Shown here piece by piece: positions 41,049 through 51,369 of a DNA stretch of 64,000 nt. The DNA is from an uncultured bacterium (lineage in GTDB: Bacteria; Auribacterota; Erginobacteria; Erginobacterales; Erginobacteraceae): assembly GCA_963822585.1 (NCBI GenBank), contig CAWGIE010000026.1:256001-320000 (forward strand), given 5' to 3'. The first letter of the stretch is position 1. Each line of letters opens with the position of its first letter. The position numbers and the translations under genes are program-made. Below the pieces are notes generated by a model that did no database searches, had not been told where the DNA came from, and saw nothing but the letters and a program-made list of their open reading frames with translations.

Positions 41049-41239
41049 GCCACAAAGGCATTAAGACACCAAGAATTATAATAAATTGGTATCCTATTAT
41101 GAGACCGAATATATGAACTACCCAGCTATCGACCTATCTTGGTAATGTTTGACCATTCGATCAGTTGACATATCTTCGAGACTTGTATTCATCATTTAAA
41201 ATGATTTTATCCTTCTTAGTGTCTTGGTGCCTTAGTGGC
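41049..41239. repeat. 9-nt-period inverted-repeat element
   Basis: gccacaaaggcattaagacaccaag ... cttagtgtcttggtgccttagtggc. Confidence 0.75.
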
Positions 41240-41267
41240 AAAAAAAACAAAATGAGATAAGTATAAT

Positions 41268-42587
41268 ATGAATGGCATATCGGTAATTGGCTTGGGAAAG
41301 TTGGGATTATGTACTGCGGCTTGTTTTGCGGATGGCGGATATCAAGTATGGGGAGTTGATATCAATGAAGATAATATTCGCCGCATTAATCAGGGTGATT
41401 GCCCCATTGAGGAAACAGGTCTAGCCGACTTGCTTTCGAAGGTCAGCGGCAGCTTGACGGCTACCACCGATTATGATGAAGCAATCATTAATAGTGCCGC
41501 CAGTTTTATCATAGTGCCTACCCCGAGTCTTGATGACGGTTCATTCTCTAATGCTTATGTAGAAGATACCCTGGGGAAGATCGGGGCAGCGCTGAAAAAG
41601 AAGAATGGTTATCATCTGGTCGTCATCACCTCCACCGTGATGCCGGGAACCACCGAGAACCTGGCCCGACCGCTTCTGGAAGAGACATCCGGGAAAGTGT
41701 GCGGGAAGGACTTTGGGCTGGTTTATAACCCGGAATTCATAGCGCTGGGGACCGTAATCAGGGACTTTAAAAATCCGGATTTTCTTCTAATTGGGGAAAG
41801 CAGTTCGCAAGATGGGAAAATCCTGGAAGATATCTATAGTCCGACCTGTGAAAATACTCCTGCCTACGCCCACCTCTCTCCGCTCAATGCTGAAATCGCT
41901 AAGATCTGCCTTAACTGCTATGTCACGGCCAAGATAACCTTTGCCATTTCCTAGGGGCCATCTGTGAAAATGTTCCCGGTGCCGACGCGAATCAGATTAC
42001 CGAAGCACTCGGGGTTGATAGCCGGATTGGTGCTAAATATTTCAAGACCGGACTCGGGTTCGGCGGCTCCTGTTTCCCCGGGACAATCGAGCTTTCGCCG
42101 CCTTTGCCCGCGATTATGGAAAGAAGGCGAAGATATCGGAATTGGTGACGATATTAATGAGGAACAATTATCCCGTATTGTTCGTATGGCGGAAGAGAAG
42201 TTGGAGGCAGGCGATAAGGTAGCAGTCCTCGGTCTCTCGTATAAACCCGATACTCCGATTATCGAAGAATCTCAGGCAGTTGATATAGCCCGCGAACTTT
42301 TCCGGGACGGCTATCGAGTTTCGGTTTATGATCCTCAGGCAATAGAAAACACGAAAAAGGAAGAAGGGGATGCGTTCGAATACTCAGACAACCTGGGAGA
42401 GTGTTTGAATGGGACCTCACTCTGCTTGATTACCACCCCATGGAAAGAGTTCAAGTCTATCAACGCCGATTTTCTGATCAGCAAGATGAAAAGCCCCGTG
42501 GTTATCGATTGTTGGAAGCTGCTAAAAAATATTGACCTGGCGGGAGTGGAGTATATTCCGCTGGGCGAAGGCACTGCATCAGGTTAG
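41268..42587 (+). pseudogene. UDP-glucose/GDP-mannose dehydrogenase family, frameshifted (about 41947 and 42080)
   Basis: GLGKLG, VPTP, STVMPGTT, NPEF; GFGGSCFP in a middle frame; LGLSYKPDT and YDP in the last frame. Confidence 0.82.
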
Positions 42588-42589
42588 GT

Positions 42590-43228
42590 ATGACGGAAGA
42601 GAATTTTTATTATCGTTACTGGCAAGATAAGCATATTAAAGTAAATTCCTTTGATTTTTGCCCGGGTGAATGGACGAAAGAAAATTTCAATTACCATATT
42701 AATTTTTTCCAGCCATTCATAAAAGGGACCCTCCTTGATTTTGGATGTGGTAACGGACAATTTATGTCCCTTATCTCCAATTATTGTGATTCCTGCTCTG
42801 GTGTAGATATTTCCAGGCTGGCCATCAGGGCAGCCAAAAAGCGTTTCCCGGAACTGAACTTTCGCGTGATGGATTCCGGGCAGATCCCCTATGAAAGTAA
42901 TTATTTTGATACGGTATGTGCTATTGATATTCTTGAACATATCTTGGATACCGAAATCGTGCTTGAAGAACTAGATCGAGTTCTAAAACCCGGCGGATTC
43001 TTATTGATAGCCACCAATGAGTTAACTCGTCTGAAGACAATTCTTATCGCTCTCTTTTGTCTTGATAATTATTTTTATCCTGCATCCCCACATATCAGGC
43101 ACTTCACCAGAAATAATCTTGCCGACTTGCTCCACCGCAAGGGATTTGAGGTTATCGCCTATCGAAAAAATAGGACCTATTTCGGTTTTATCCCTAAGGG
43201 ACAGATGCTCGCAGCCCAAAAAAAATGA
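42590..43228 (+). CDS. Class I SAM-dependent methyltransferase
   Basis: LDFGCGNG, GVDIS, FDTV..LEHI, RVLKPGG. Confidence 0.88.
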   Translation: MTEENFYYRYWQDKHIKVNSFDFCPGEWTKENFNYHINFFQPFIKGTLLDFGCGNGQFMSLISNYCDSCSGVDISRLAIRAAKKRFPELNFRVMDSGQIPYESNYFDTVCAIDILEHILDTEIVLEELDRVLKPGGFLLIATNELTRLKTILIALFCLDNYFYPASPHIRHFTRNNLADLLHRKGFEVIAYRKNRTYFGFIPKGQMLAAQKK

Positions 43229-43323
43229 TCTTATTTATTCCTACTCCCATTGCCTCGGTTATTTCTATTTTGTCCTTATAATTTGACCGAATACCGGTTT
43301 TAATTAAATTGGATAAACCATAG

Positions 43324-44535
43324 ATGACAAATGATTGCTTCTTGAAACTTAGCGTATTAAATATTCTCATCTCCGGTCAGGCCCTTACCAGCCGCACCGA
43401 GACTGTCGAGAATTATCTGAAAAGCCGGGTGAAAAGCCTTGGAGTTATCGCAATTGCCAATCCATATTCCCCTCCCGGGACCGCGACGTCCCGATTCTAC
43501 CGGGAGGGCGATCTGATCTGGGAGAAACCGGTCTCTAATCTATATTTCCGTAAGAAGCATTCGCAGTCTATGCTTCTTCCCGTCTTTATCTGCTATATTT
43601 TTTTTATCATCAAAGCCGCGTTCAGGTTTAAACGGAGGTTTGATGTATTTGTGGGAGTATCATGTTTCTCCGCCGGATTAGGGTTGGTATTGAAGGCGCT
43701 GAGAATCGTTAATCATACCATATATTACAGCATTGATTATTACCGTTCCCCCGGGAAGTTCTGTTTCAATAGCCTGATAGTGGCAATGTTCCGGTTGCTT
43801 GATCGGATCTGCGTGAAAAAATCCGATCTGGTCTGGCATATTACTCCACGAATCGGGGAGGGGAGGAAGAAATATGCCGGAGTTCCTCAATCCTCGTATC
43901 CCGCGATAAACGTACCACTTTGCTATGGCGAAGAAGTCTTTCAACCCCAGCCATTTGAAAAGATCAAGAAACATACCCTGGGATTCGTCGGGACCCTGTC
44001 TTCCAATCAGGGCCTTCAGATGGTGATCGGAGCTATGCCGAAACTGGCGAAATTAATTCCCGATATTTATCTGGAGATAGTGGGAAACGGTGCCTTCGGC
44101 GATGATCTAAGAAAGCTGGCAGCGAACTCAACCTGTCCGGAGCGATTTATTTTTCATGGCTTCTTGAAAGACGAAGAAGAGGTAATTAATATTATTTCCG
44201 CTACTGCGGTCGGTCTGGCGGTATGGACCGGTGGCGAAGAAGATAATGCTCTTTATGCCGATCCAGGCAAGCCGAAATTTTACGCTTTCTGCGGCATCCC
44301 GTCTATCATCACGGATATTCCGGCGATTTCCCGGGAAATTGACCGGATGAAAGCCGGAATAGCAATCCGGTATGATCAAGGGGACTTTATCCGGGCGGTT
44401 ATCGAGATTCTTTCCAATGAGGAAAAGCTGATTCAATACCGGGAAGGGGCTCTGAAATTCGCCCGTGAATATACTTCCGATATTGTTTTCTCCCGCGCCT
44501 GGAAAGAATCGCTGGAAGTGATGGATAATATTTAG
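43324..44535 (+). CDS. GT4-like glycosyltransferase
   Basis: GFVGTL..QGL, IVGNG, FHGF, PGKPKFY..GIPSI. Confidence 0.75.
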   Translation: MTNDCFLKLSVLNILISGQALTSRTETVENYLKSRVKSLGVIAIANPYSPPGTATSRFYREGDLIWEKPVSNLYFRKKHSQSMLLPVFICYIFFIIKAAFRFKRRFDVFVGVSCFSAGLGLVLKALRIVNHTIYYSIDYYRSPGKFCFNSLIVAMFRLLDRICVKKSDLVWHITPRIGEGRKKYAGVPQSSYPAINVPLCYGEEVFQPQPFEKIKKHTLGFVGTLSSNQGLQMVIGAMPKLAKLIPDIYLEIVGNGAFGDDLRKLAANSTCPERFIFHGFLKDEEEVINIISATAVGLAVWTGGEEDNALYADPGKPKFYAFCGIPSIITDIPAISREIDRMKAGIAIRYDQGDFIRAVIEILSNEEKLIQYREGALKFAREYTSDIVFSRAWKESLEVMDNI

Positions 44536-44552
44536 AATTTCGGATTTAGATA

Positions 44553-45617
44553 ATGACCCGGAGAACAACATCGAAAAATATGCCACCCATGGTCAGCATC
44601 GTTATCGTAAGTTGGAACGGAAGGGAACTGCTGGAAGCGCACCTCCCATCACTGGAGCGAATCCGGTATCCGAACTATGAGGTTATCCTGGTTGATAACG
44701 CTTCTTCCGACGATAGTATTCACTTTGTCAGGGAGAATTATCCTGAATATAAAGTCCTGATCAATATGGAAAACCTGGGGACGGCGGAGGGGAGCAATGT
44801 CGCCATCCCATATTGCCGGGGAAAATATATATTCTGGATCAGTAATGACATGGAACTCGACTCCCAAATCCTTAACTACCTGGTTGATCGATGTGAAAAG
44901 GATGAAAATATCGGCATTTGTACGGCAAAGATGCTTCGTATAGATAATGGCAAGATGACCAGGGAACTTGACAGTGTGGGAGCGGATGCGGACATCTTTG
45001 CTTTTCCGGCTTCCCGCGGCATTAATGAGTCGGACCGCGGTCAGTATGACCAATTCAGGGAAGTATTCTTTTCGTTTGGTGGAGCGATGTTTATCCGTAA
45101 GAGTGTTTTGAAGATAGTGGGAGGTTTTGATCCGTCGTTTCTTACCCTGACTGATGATATCGATCTCTCCTGGCGTGTCCGACTGGCCGGATATAAAGTT
45201 ATGGTTGAGCCCAAAGCCTATCTCTATCACCGGGTGAGCGCCACATTAGGAAAAACCCACAACCGTCCCCAGAAGCGATATCTCTCTGAAAGGAATACAC
45301 TTCGTACCCTCCTCAAAAACTATTCTACCGGCTACCTCTGTTTGATCCTTCCCGCTTACTTCATGATTCTTCTGCTGGAGATGTTTTTTTATACGGTCAT
45401 GGGAAAATGGGAAATGACCATGGCGTGTCTGAAGGCCTTGAACTGGAATCTTAGCCGATTAGGCGAAACCCGTCGGATGAGAAAAAAAGTTCAGTCTTAC
45501 CGCGTTGTCCCGGACAGTAAAAATATGTTTTTGATGATGAAAAGATCGGAAAAAATCAGAATGTTTTTCGACTTTCTTTTTTACCACAAATCCAATCGCT
45601 GGAAAAATTATTTTTAA
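44553..45617 (+). CDS. GT2 glycosyltransferase (rhamnosyltransferase-like)
   Basis: VSIVIVSWN, VDNASSD, GGFD..F..DDIDLSWR, ERN. Confidence 0.85.
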   Translation: MTRRTTSKNMPPMVSIVIVSWNGRELLEAHLPSLERIRYPNYEVILVDNASSDDSIHFVRENYPEYKVLINMENLGTAEGSNVAIPYCRGKYIFWISNDMELDSQILNYLVDRCEKDENIGICTAKMLRIDNGKMTRELDSVGADADIFAFPASRGINESDRGQYDQFREVFFSFGGAMFIRKSVLKIVGGFDPSFLTLTDDIDLSWRVRLAGYKVMVEPKAYLYHRVSATLGKTHNRPQKRYLSERNTLRTLLKNYSTGYLCLILPAYFMILLLEMFFYTVMGKWEMTMACLKALNWNLSRLGETRRMRKKVQSYRVVPDSKNMFLMMKRSEKIRMFFDFLFYHKSNRWKNYF

Positions 45618-45685
45618 AACTTGGTTTGATAATGAAAAATAAAAAAAACATAATTCAATAATATTGGTCGGATTATGTCCCGGGC

Positions 45686-46338
45686 TTGGGAAATACAAGT
45701 GAAAAATTTAATATAGGATTCCCTGATTTTTACCGTGCAGTCGACGCCCGGCTCTATAAAAATGAGCCCTATGTTAAACGCTTCCTTGATGAATTCCCAA
45801 CCGGAGAAAACCGAATCATGGAGATTAGTTTTAGTCTGGGGGCCTATCTGCACTATCTGGCGGGGAAAGGGGGTAAAGTTTTCGGGATTGATTTATCCCC
45901 CTCGAACGCTTCTCTGGCTGGACAGAGCTTTCCCGCTCTGAAACTGCCGGGGAAAGTAATGACGGGTGATGCCGAAAACCTACCCTTTGCCAATGAGAGT
46001 TTCCAGGTGGCTTTTCTTATGGCGTACTTCACTACACCCCGGATACACGCAGAACCATCGGCGAAATCAGGAAAGTTTTAAAGATAAACGGCTGCTTTTT
46101 AATCCTGCTTTATCATAAGGGGTTCGCCTACCGGTGGATTAATCTCCAGTATTCGATCCATAAAATACGCAGGGGAACAATGTCCCGGAGGATTTGATAA
46201 CCAGGAACTATGACCACACACCATTATTCAAGATGTATTCCAGGACTGAATTACATAAAATGTTCGGCAACTTCCAAAATGTGCGGATTGAGATTATTAA
46301 TTTTGGCGGAGTTAAAGAAAATTGGAGATTGTTCTGAA
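45686..46338 (+). pseudogene. Degraded class I methyltransferase
   Basis: GIDLS and GDAENLPFANESF motifs, then frameshifts; motif I degenerate. Confidence 0.6.
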
Positions 46339-46439
46339 TATATTACCTATTAAACGCGGATCACCCGCCGCCGACAGACTTCACGCATTCCCAACAAAGA
46401 TATTATGATAATATTATACATGACATTCAAGACAATACA

Positions 46440-46808
46440 TCCGGTCCGTGGAGTTTACTGGAGATCGGCTGCTCGTATGGTAACTTGCTTGCATTTTGTA
46501 GATATCATGGATGGGCCATAACTGGTATTGACTACAACAGCAATGCTATTCGATACATCCGGGCCAAGGGGATAAATTGTTATAATATATCTGTGGAAGA
46601 ATATCATCCCGACAGCAAATTTGATGTCATAGTAATGATTCATGTTATTGAGCATCTCTTCTATTACAATATTAATACAATCCAACAACTTCTGGAGAAT
46701 GCCGAGTATACCAGCACGGTGACCGTGGACGGACGATATCATTTAAGCGACCTTATCAACAGTAAACTCAGAAGTAAACTTGTCCTGAATGACAACTGGA
46801 TTAAGTAA
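46440..46808 (+). pseudogene. Second methyltransferase fragment
   Basis: LLEIGCSYG upstream in frame, TGID, FDVIVMIHVIEH, then apparent internal deletion. Confidence 0.55.
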
Positions 46809-46962
46809 AATTATGAGAAACCTGGTAAAAGTAAATCTCTATAAAATATCATTAAGAAAATATATGAATCCGTCCTTTTGCGAGGTTTGAGTATTATACC
46901 GGTTAGTAGAGAAGATAAAGAGATTGCGGTAGTTGCCCGGAAAAGAACCCAGGAATCAATAT

Positions 46963-48914
46963 ATGGTTACTAAGAGAAAATTTAAGAGATTTCCCTGGGG
47001 GGGTTGCCTGCTGATATTAATTAGTATTTATATCGCGGTTTTCTTTAGGGTTGCTTGTATCAAATATAGTTCATTCTCTTTCCATGATATGGATCTGGCT
47101 GCCATTAACCAGACATTCTGGAATGCTATCCATGGCAGATTTATTTCGCAATCTTATGGTGAAGCCGCCTTGTTAAGTGGTCACAAATGGGTTATTCTTC
47201 TGCCTCTCCTACCGCTCTATGCGCTTATTCCCAATCCACTGACCTTGCTTTTCCTTCAGTCACTGGCATTTGGTATTGCGGCATGGCCGATATATCTTCT
47301 GAGTCGGGATGTGCTAAAAAAGAAATTTGGGCTTCTCTTTGCTTTCTGCTACTTGATTTATCCGGCCATGAATTACGCGGGGCTCTACGAATTTCATCCC
47401 TCTGTTTTGCCGCTCCATTATTACTATTTTATGTTTTACTTCTATTATAAGAGGAGATGGGTTTATTTCTTCTTTTTACAGTACTATCTCTTTCAGTCCG
47501 CGAAGATGTAGCCATTCCGGTTTTCGGAATCGGATTATTCGCTTTATTCCAGGGAATTGTAACTCGCGATGGGAAAAACTGTGGCCGCGCTTGAAATGGG
47601 GTATTGTTCCACTGGCATTATCCATTATCGTGGTTTTTGATCTGTCTTAAAAATAATACCCGACCTTGATCCAGAAATTAACCGTGGAGGCGGAGGTCCC
47701 CGCCGGATCAATGGTAGGATCATTTTACAGCTGGATGGGAGAATCCCCGTTCGAAATTATCGAGAACGTATTTACGCATCCTCAATTGGGAATCATGAGA
47801 ACTCAGAAACTGAGTTACCTGTTTCAACTTCTTGATCCCCCTGGGCTTTTTATCCCTGCTTTCCCCGACAGCCTTGATCATGGTGGTGGTTTCGCTGGCC
47901 GAAGGACTACTTTCATCCCGCTTCACCCACTTTTCAATTCGCTACCAATATTCGGCTATCATCATTCCGTCTGTCTTCATTGCCGCCCTCTATGGAATGA
48001 GGAATTTACTCCGTTGGCAATGGTTGTGCAGAAAAGAAAATTATCTGATAGTCGTAATCCTTATTTTTGCACATCGGCTCCGCCTATTTTCTGGGGCCGC
48101 TCTTTCAAATTTCCGGCAGGCCCTCAATGATTGGAAATCCACTGAAGAGGATCGGATCAGACAAGTTATGGTCGATCTGATCCCTCCATCGGCACCGGTA
48201 GTAGCCACCTTTGGCTTTACTCCTAAATTGTCAATGCGTCCCCGACTTGCTTATTTCTATCATATCTACGCTTCACCGCGGAAACCGGAATTCGGACTTT
48301 ATATACCGCAGATCCAGAAGAACGGAGAATACGCTTTAATTGACTTTAACGATTGGCTGACTTTTTATGATTTCTATACCCCCGGCGGAGACCGCCCGAT
48401 CTACCGATTTTTGCGGGAAGGCGGATGGGGCGTTAAAGCGACCGTTAACAACCTGGTTCTTTTCCAAAAAAACTATGCCGGCGAGTTTCATATTGTTGAA
48501 CGCGTCATACAACCCAAAATGCAATATTCCCTTTATCGGGACGTAGCTTCCGGTGTAAAGTTACTCGGTTTTGATCTGGCTACTGAACGTTGGGAAGGCA
48601 ATACGTTGCTGGATTTCAGTTGCTATATGCAAGTGACAAAACGGATCCCCGTCGGCTTGCTGGTCAACCCTCAGTTCAGCTTGCATAATGAAGCGGAAGT
48701 GGGCTTCCGACAGCCGATGTTCGCTCCCTATCGGATTCTTCCTTCCAGCCGGTGGGAACCGGGTGAAATCTATAAACAGCGGTGCCGAATTCTGGTCCCT
48801 CCCGATCTTCCCCCGGGAGAATATGATCTGAGTTTTGGGTTATTGCTGCAGAATGGGAGAGAGTGGGAGGGGAAAGTTGTATATCGGCAACAAAATGTTT
48901 TTCAATATAAGTAG
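46963..48914 (+). pseudogene. DUF2079-like (GT-C fold) membrane protein, multiply frameshifted
   Basis: DMDLAAINQTFWN, YEFHP and later FAPYRILPSSRWEPGE pieces are colinear with the intact paralogue at 51370. Confidence 0.72.
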
Positions 48915-48962
48915 CAATAGCGTTCTACCGAAGTGAGAATAATGGAGAATCGGGATACATCA

Positions 48963-49988
48963 ATGATTACTACCGGCGTTATCGGTTACGGCCACTGGGG
49001 ACCCAATCATCTCCGTGTTTTCTCAACCCTGCCGGGGAGTCGGGTGGCTGCTTGCGCCGATAAGGATAAAGGCCGGCTGGAAAAGTTGAAATCAACCTAT
49101 CCCGAGATAGAGACTACGGAAAATTATCGGGATATTTTACGGAATGACGCAATCCAGGCGGTCTGCGTGACCACGCCGACTTCGACCCATTACGAGATCG
49201 TGAAGGGCGCGCTGGAGCATGGCAAAGATGTCTTATGCGAGAAGCCGGTAACTCTTACTACCGCGGAAGCCGGCGAACTGATCGGGCTGGCCCGAGAAAA
49301 CAATCGGATATTGATGGTGGGCCATGTATTCCTCTTCAATCCCGGGATAAAAAAAATCAAGGATTATATTCATTCCGGGCTGCTCGGCGAAATTCAATAT
49401 GGTTATTCAGTCCGGACGAACCTGGGTCCTTTTCGATATGACGTCAACGCGATCCAGGACCTGGCTTCCCACGACATCTCCATCTTCAATTACTTTTTTG
49501 CCGCTCTTCCTTTGGAAGTTTCAGCCCGGGGCCACCGGTGTTTATCCCCTCAGCGTGAAGACCTGGCTTTCATAACCTTGATTTATCCAAACGACATTTT
49601 TATCAATGTCCACGTCAGCTGGCTGGATCCCAAAAAAGTTAGACAGATCACCCTGGTTGGAAATAAGAAGATGGTCTGCTGGGATGATCTGGACAATACG
49701 GCGCCGATCCGGATTTATGACAAACGGGTGGAACGGGGGAACCTTTTTTACCAGTCTTTTGGTGAATTCCAACTCCTTTCTAAAGAAGGAGAGGTGACCA
49801 TTCCCGAATTCGAACCCGGGGAGCCCCTGCTCCGGCAGGATGAATATTTCCTTAACTGCGTCCGAAACCGGGTTCACCCCGATCTGGCGGACGGGGAGAA
49901 AGGTTGGGAGGTTGTGAAGGTTCTGGAAGCGATCCGGGAATCAATGGCTCAAGGAGGGGTTCCCGTCAAGTTAAACCGTTCTAAATAA
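48963..49988 (+). CDS. Gfo/Idh/MocA family oxidoreductase
   Basis: GYGHWGPN, LCEKP, MVGHVFLFNP, DLASHD, SWLDPKKVR. Confidence 0.9.
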   Translation: MITTGVIGYGHWGPNHLRVFSTLPGSRVAACADKDKGRLEKLKSTYPEIETTENYRDILRNDAIQAVCVTTPTSTHYEIVKGALEHGKDVLCEKPVTLTTAEAGELIGLARENNRILMVGHVFLFNPGIKKIKDYIHSGLLGEIQYGYSVRTNLGPFRYDVNAIQDLASHDISIFNYFFAALPLEVSARGHRCLSPQREDLAFITLIYPNDIFINVHVSWLDPKKVRQITLVGNKKMVCWDDLDNTAPIRIYDKRVERGNLFYQSFGEFQLLSKEGEVTIPEFEPGEPLLRQDEYFLNCVRNRVHPDLADGEKGWEVVKVLEAIRESMAQGGVPVKLNRSK

Positions 49989-50140
49989 CCCTGACTACTA
50001 CCGGCGCCGCTGAGTGCCTGCTTCGGAATTTCAAAAAAGACAGATCAAATGATTATTGTTTAATCTGAAGAATAATAACTTTATCAAGTGGCGTTAGCTT
50101 CAGTGTTTTTCCACTAAGTTAGCGCCGTAGGCGCTAACTT

Positions 50141-51247
50141 ATGAAGATACCATTAGTCGATCTTAACGCGCAGTATCTGCGATTACGCGATGAATTGAAC
50201 CGGGCCGTCATCGGGACCATGGAACGGGGTGATTTCATCCTGGGAGAGGCGGTAGATTCATTCGAATCCGACTTTGCCGCTTTCTGCCGGACTAAACACG
50301 CCGTCGGAGTTGCATCCGGTCTGGACGCCCTTACCCTGAGTCTGCTCGCTCTGGGGATAGAAAGAGGTGATGAAGTAATCACGGTAGCGAACACGTTTGT
50401 GGCCACGACTCTCGCTATCGTCCGGGTCGGAGCGAAACCGGTCCTGGTTGATTGCCACCCGGAAACGTACAATATCGATCCCGCCGGGATCGAGAAGAAG
50501 ATTACCGAAAAGACCCGGGCCGTCCTGCCGGTTCATCTCTACGGCCGGCCGGCGGAAATGGACCAGATTCTTGCTCTAGCCGAACGATATCACCTGAAAG
50601 TGGTGGAGGACTCCTGTCAGGCTCACGGAGCCCTGTACCGGGGAAAGCGCTGCGGGAGCATGGGAGACGCCGGTTGCTTCAGTTTTTACCCCGGCAAAAA
50701 CCTGGGCGCTTACGGAGACGGGGGGTGCGTGATTACCGATGACGCGGCCCTGGCGGAAAAAATCCGGATCTTAAGAAACTACGGGTCCCGGAAGAAGTAC
50801 TACCACGAAGAAAAAGGCGTCAACTCCCGACTCGATACCATTCAGGCGGCGATTCTCAATGTAAAGCTGCGACATTTGGAAGAGGGGAATGAAAAACGCC
50901 GGCGGGCCGCGGAACAATATACCGAACTGCTGCAATCGGTTTCTTCGATAACAACCCCGTCACTCGATGACGGGATAACCCATGCATTTCATCTCTATGT
51001 CATCCGGTTACCGGAGCGGGATCGAGTATTGAAGGAACTGAATTCGAAAGGGATCGGTGCCGGAATTCACTATCCGATCCCGATTCACCTGCTGAAATGT
51101 CACAGTGATCTGGAATACCGGGAGGGAGATTTCCCGATCACCGAAGAATTTTCCCGGGAGATCCTCTCTCTGCCCATCTTCCCGGAGATAACCGCGGAGC
51201 AGATACAGTACGTCGTACACGCATTAAAAACCGCACTCAAAAACTAA
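50141..51247 (+). CDS. DegT/DnrJ/EryC1/StrS aminotransferase
   Basis: [46 protein letters not shown]. Confidence 0.93.
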   Translation: MKIPLVDLNAQYLRLRDELNRAVIGTMERGDFILGEAVDSFESDFAAFCRTKHAVGVASGLDALTLSLLALGIERGDEVITVANTFVATTLAIVRVGAKPVLVDCHPETYNIDPAGIEKKITEKTRAVLPVHLYGRPAEMDQILALAERYHLKVVEDSCQAHGALYRGKRCGSMGDAGCFSFYPGKNLGAYGDGGCVITDDAALAEKIRILRNYGSRKKYYHEEKGVNSRLDTIQAAILNVKLRHLEEGNEKRRRAAEQYTELLQSVSSITTPSLDDGITHAFHLYVIRLPERDRVLKELNSKGIGAGIHYPIPIHLLKCHSDLEYREGDFPITEEFSREILSLPIFPEITAEQIQYVVHALKTALKN

Positions 51248-51369
51248 TGGGGGCTTGGCCTCCTTCATAAAGCCCCGATTTTCATCGGAACCTTCATTGG
51301 GAAATGCCATAGTCCAGCATTGTTGATTTATTGCCGCGGTTACTATTTCAGAGTAGCACATTCCTGATA

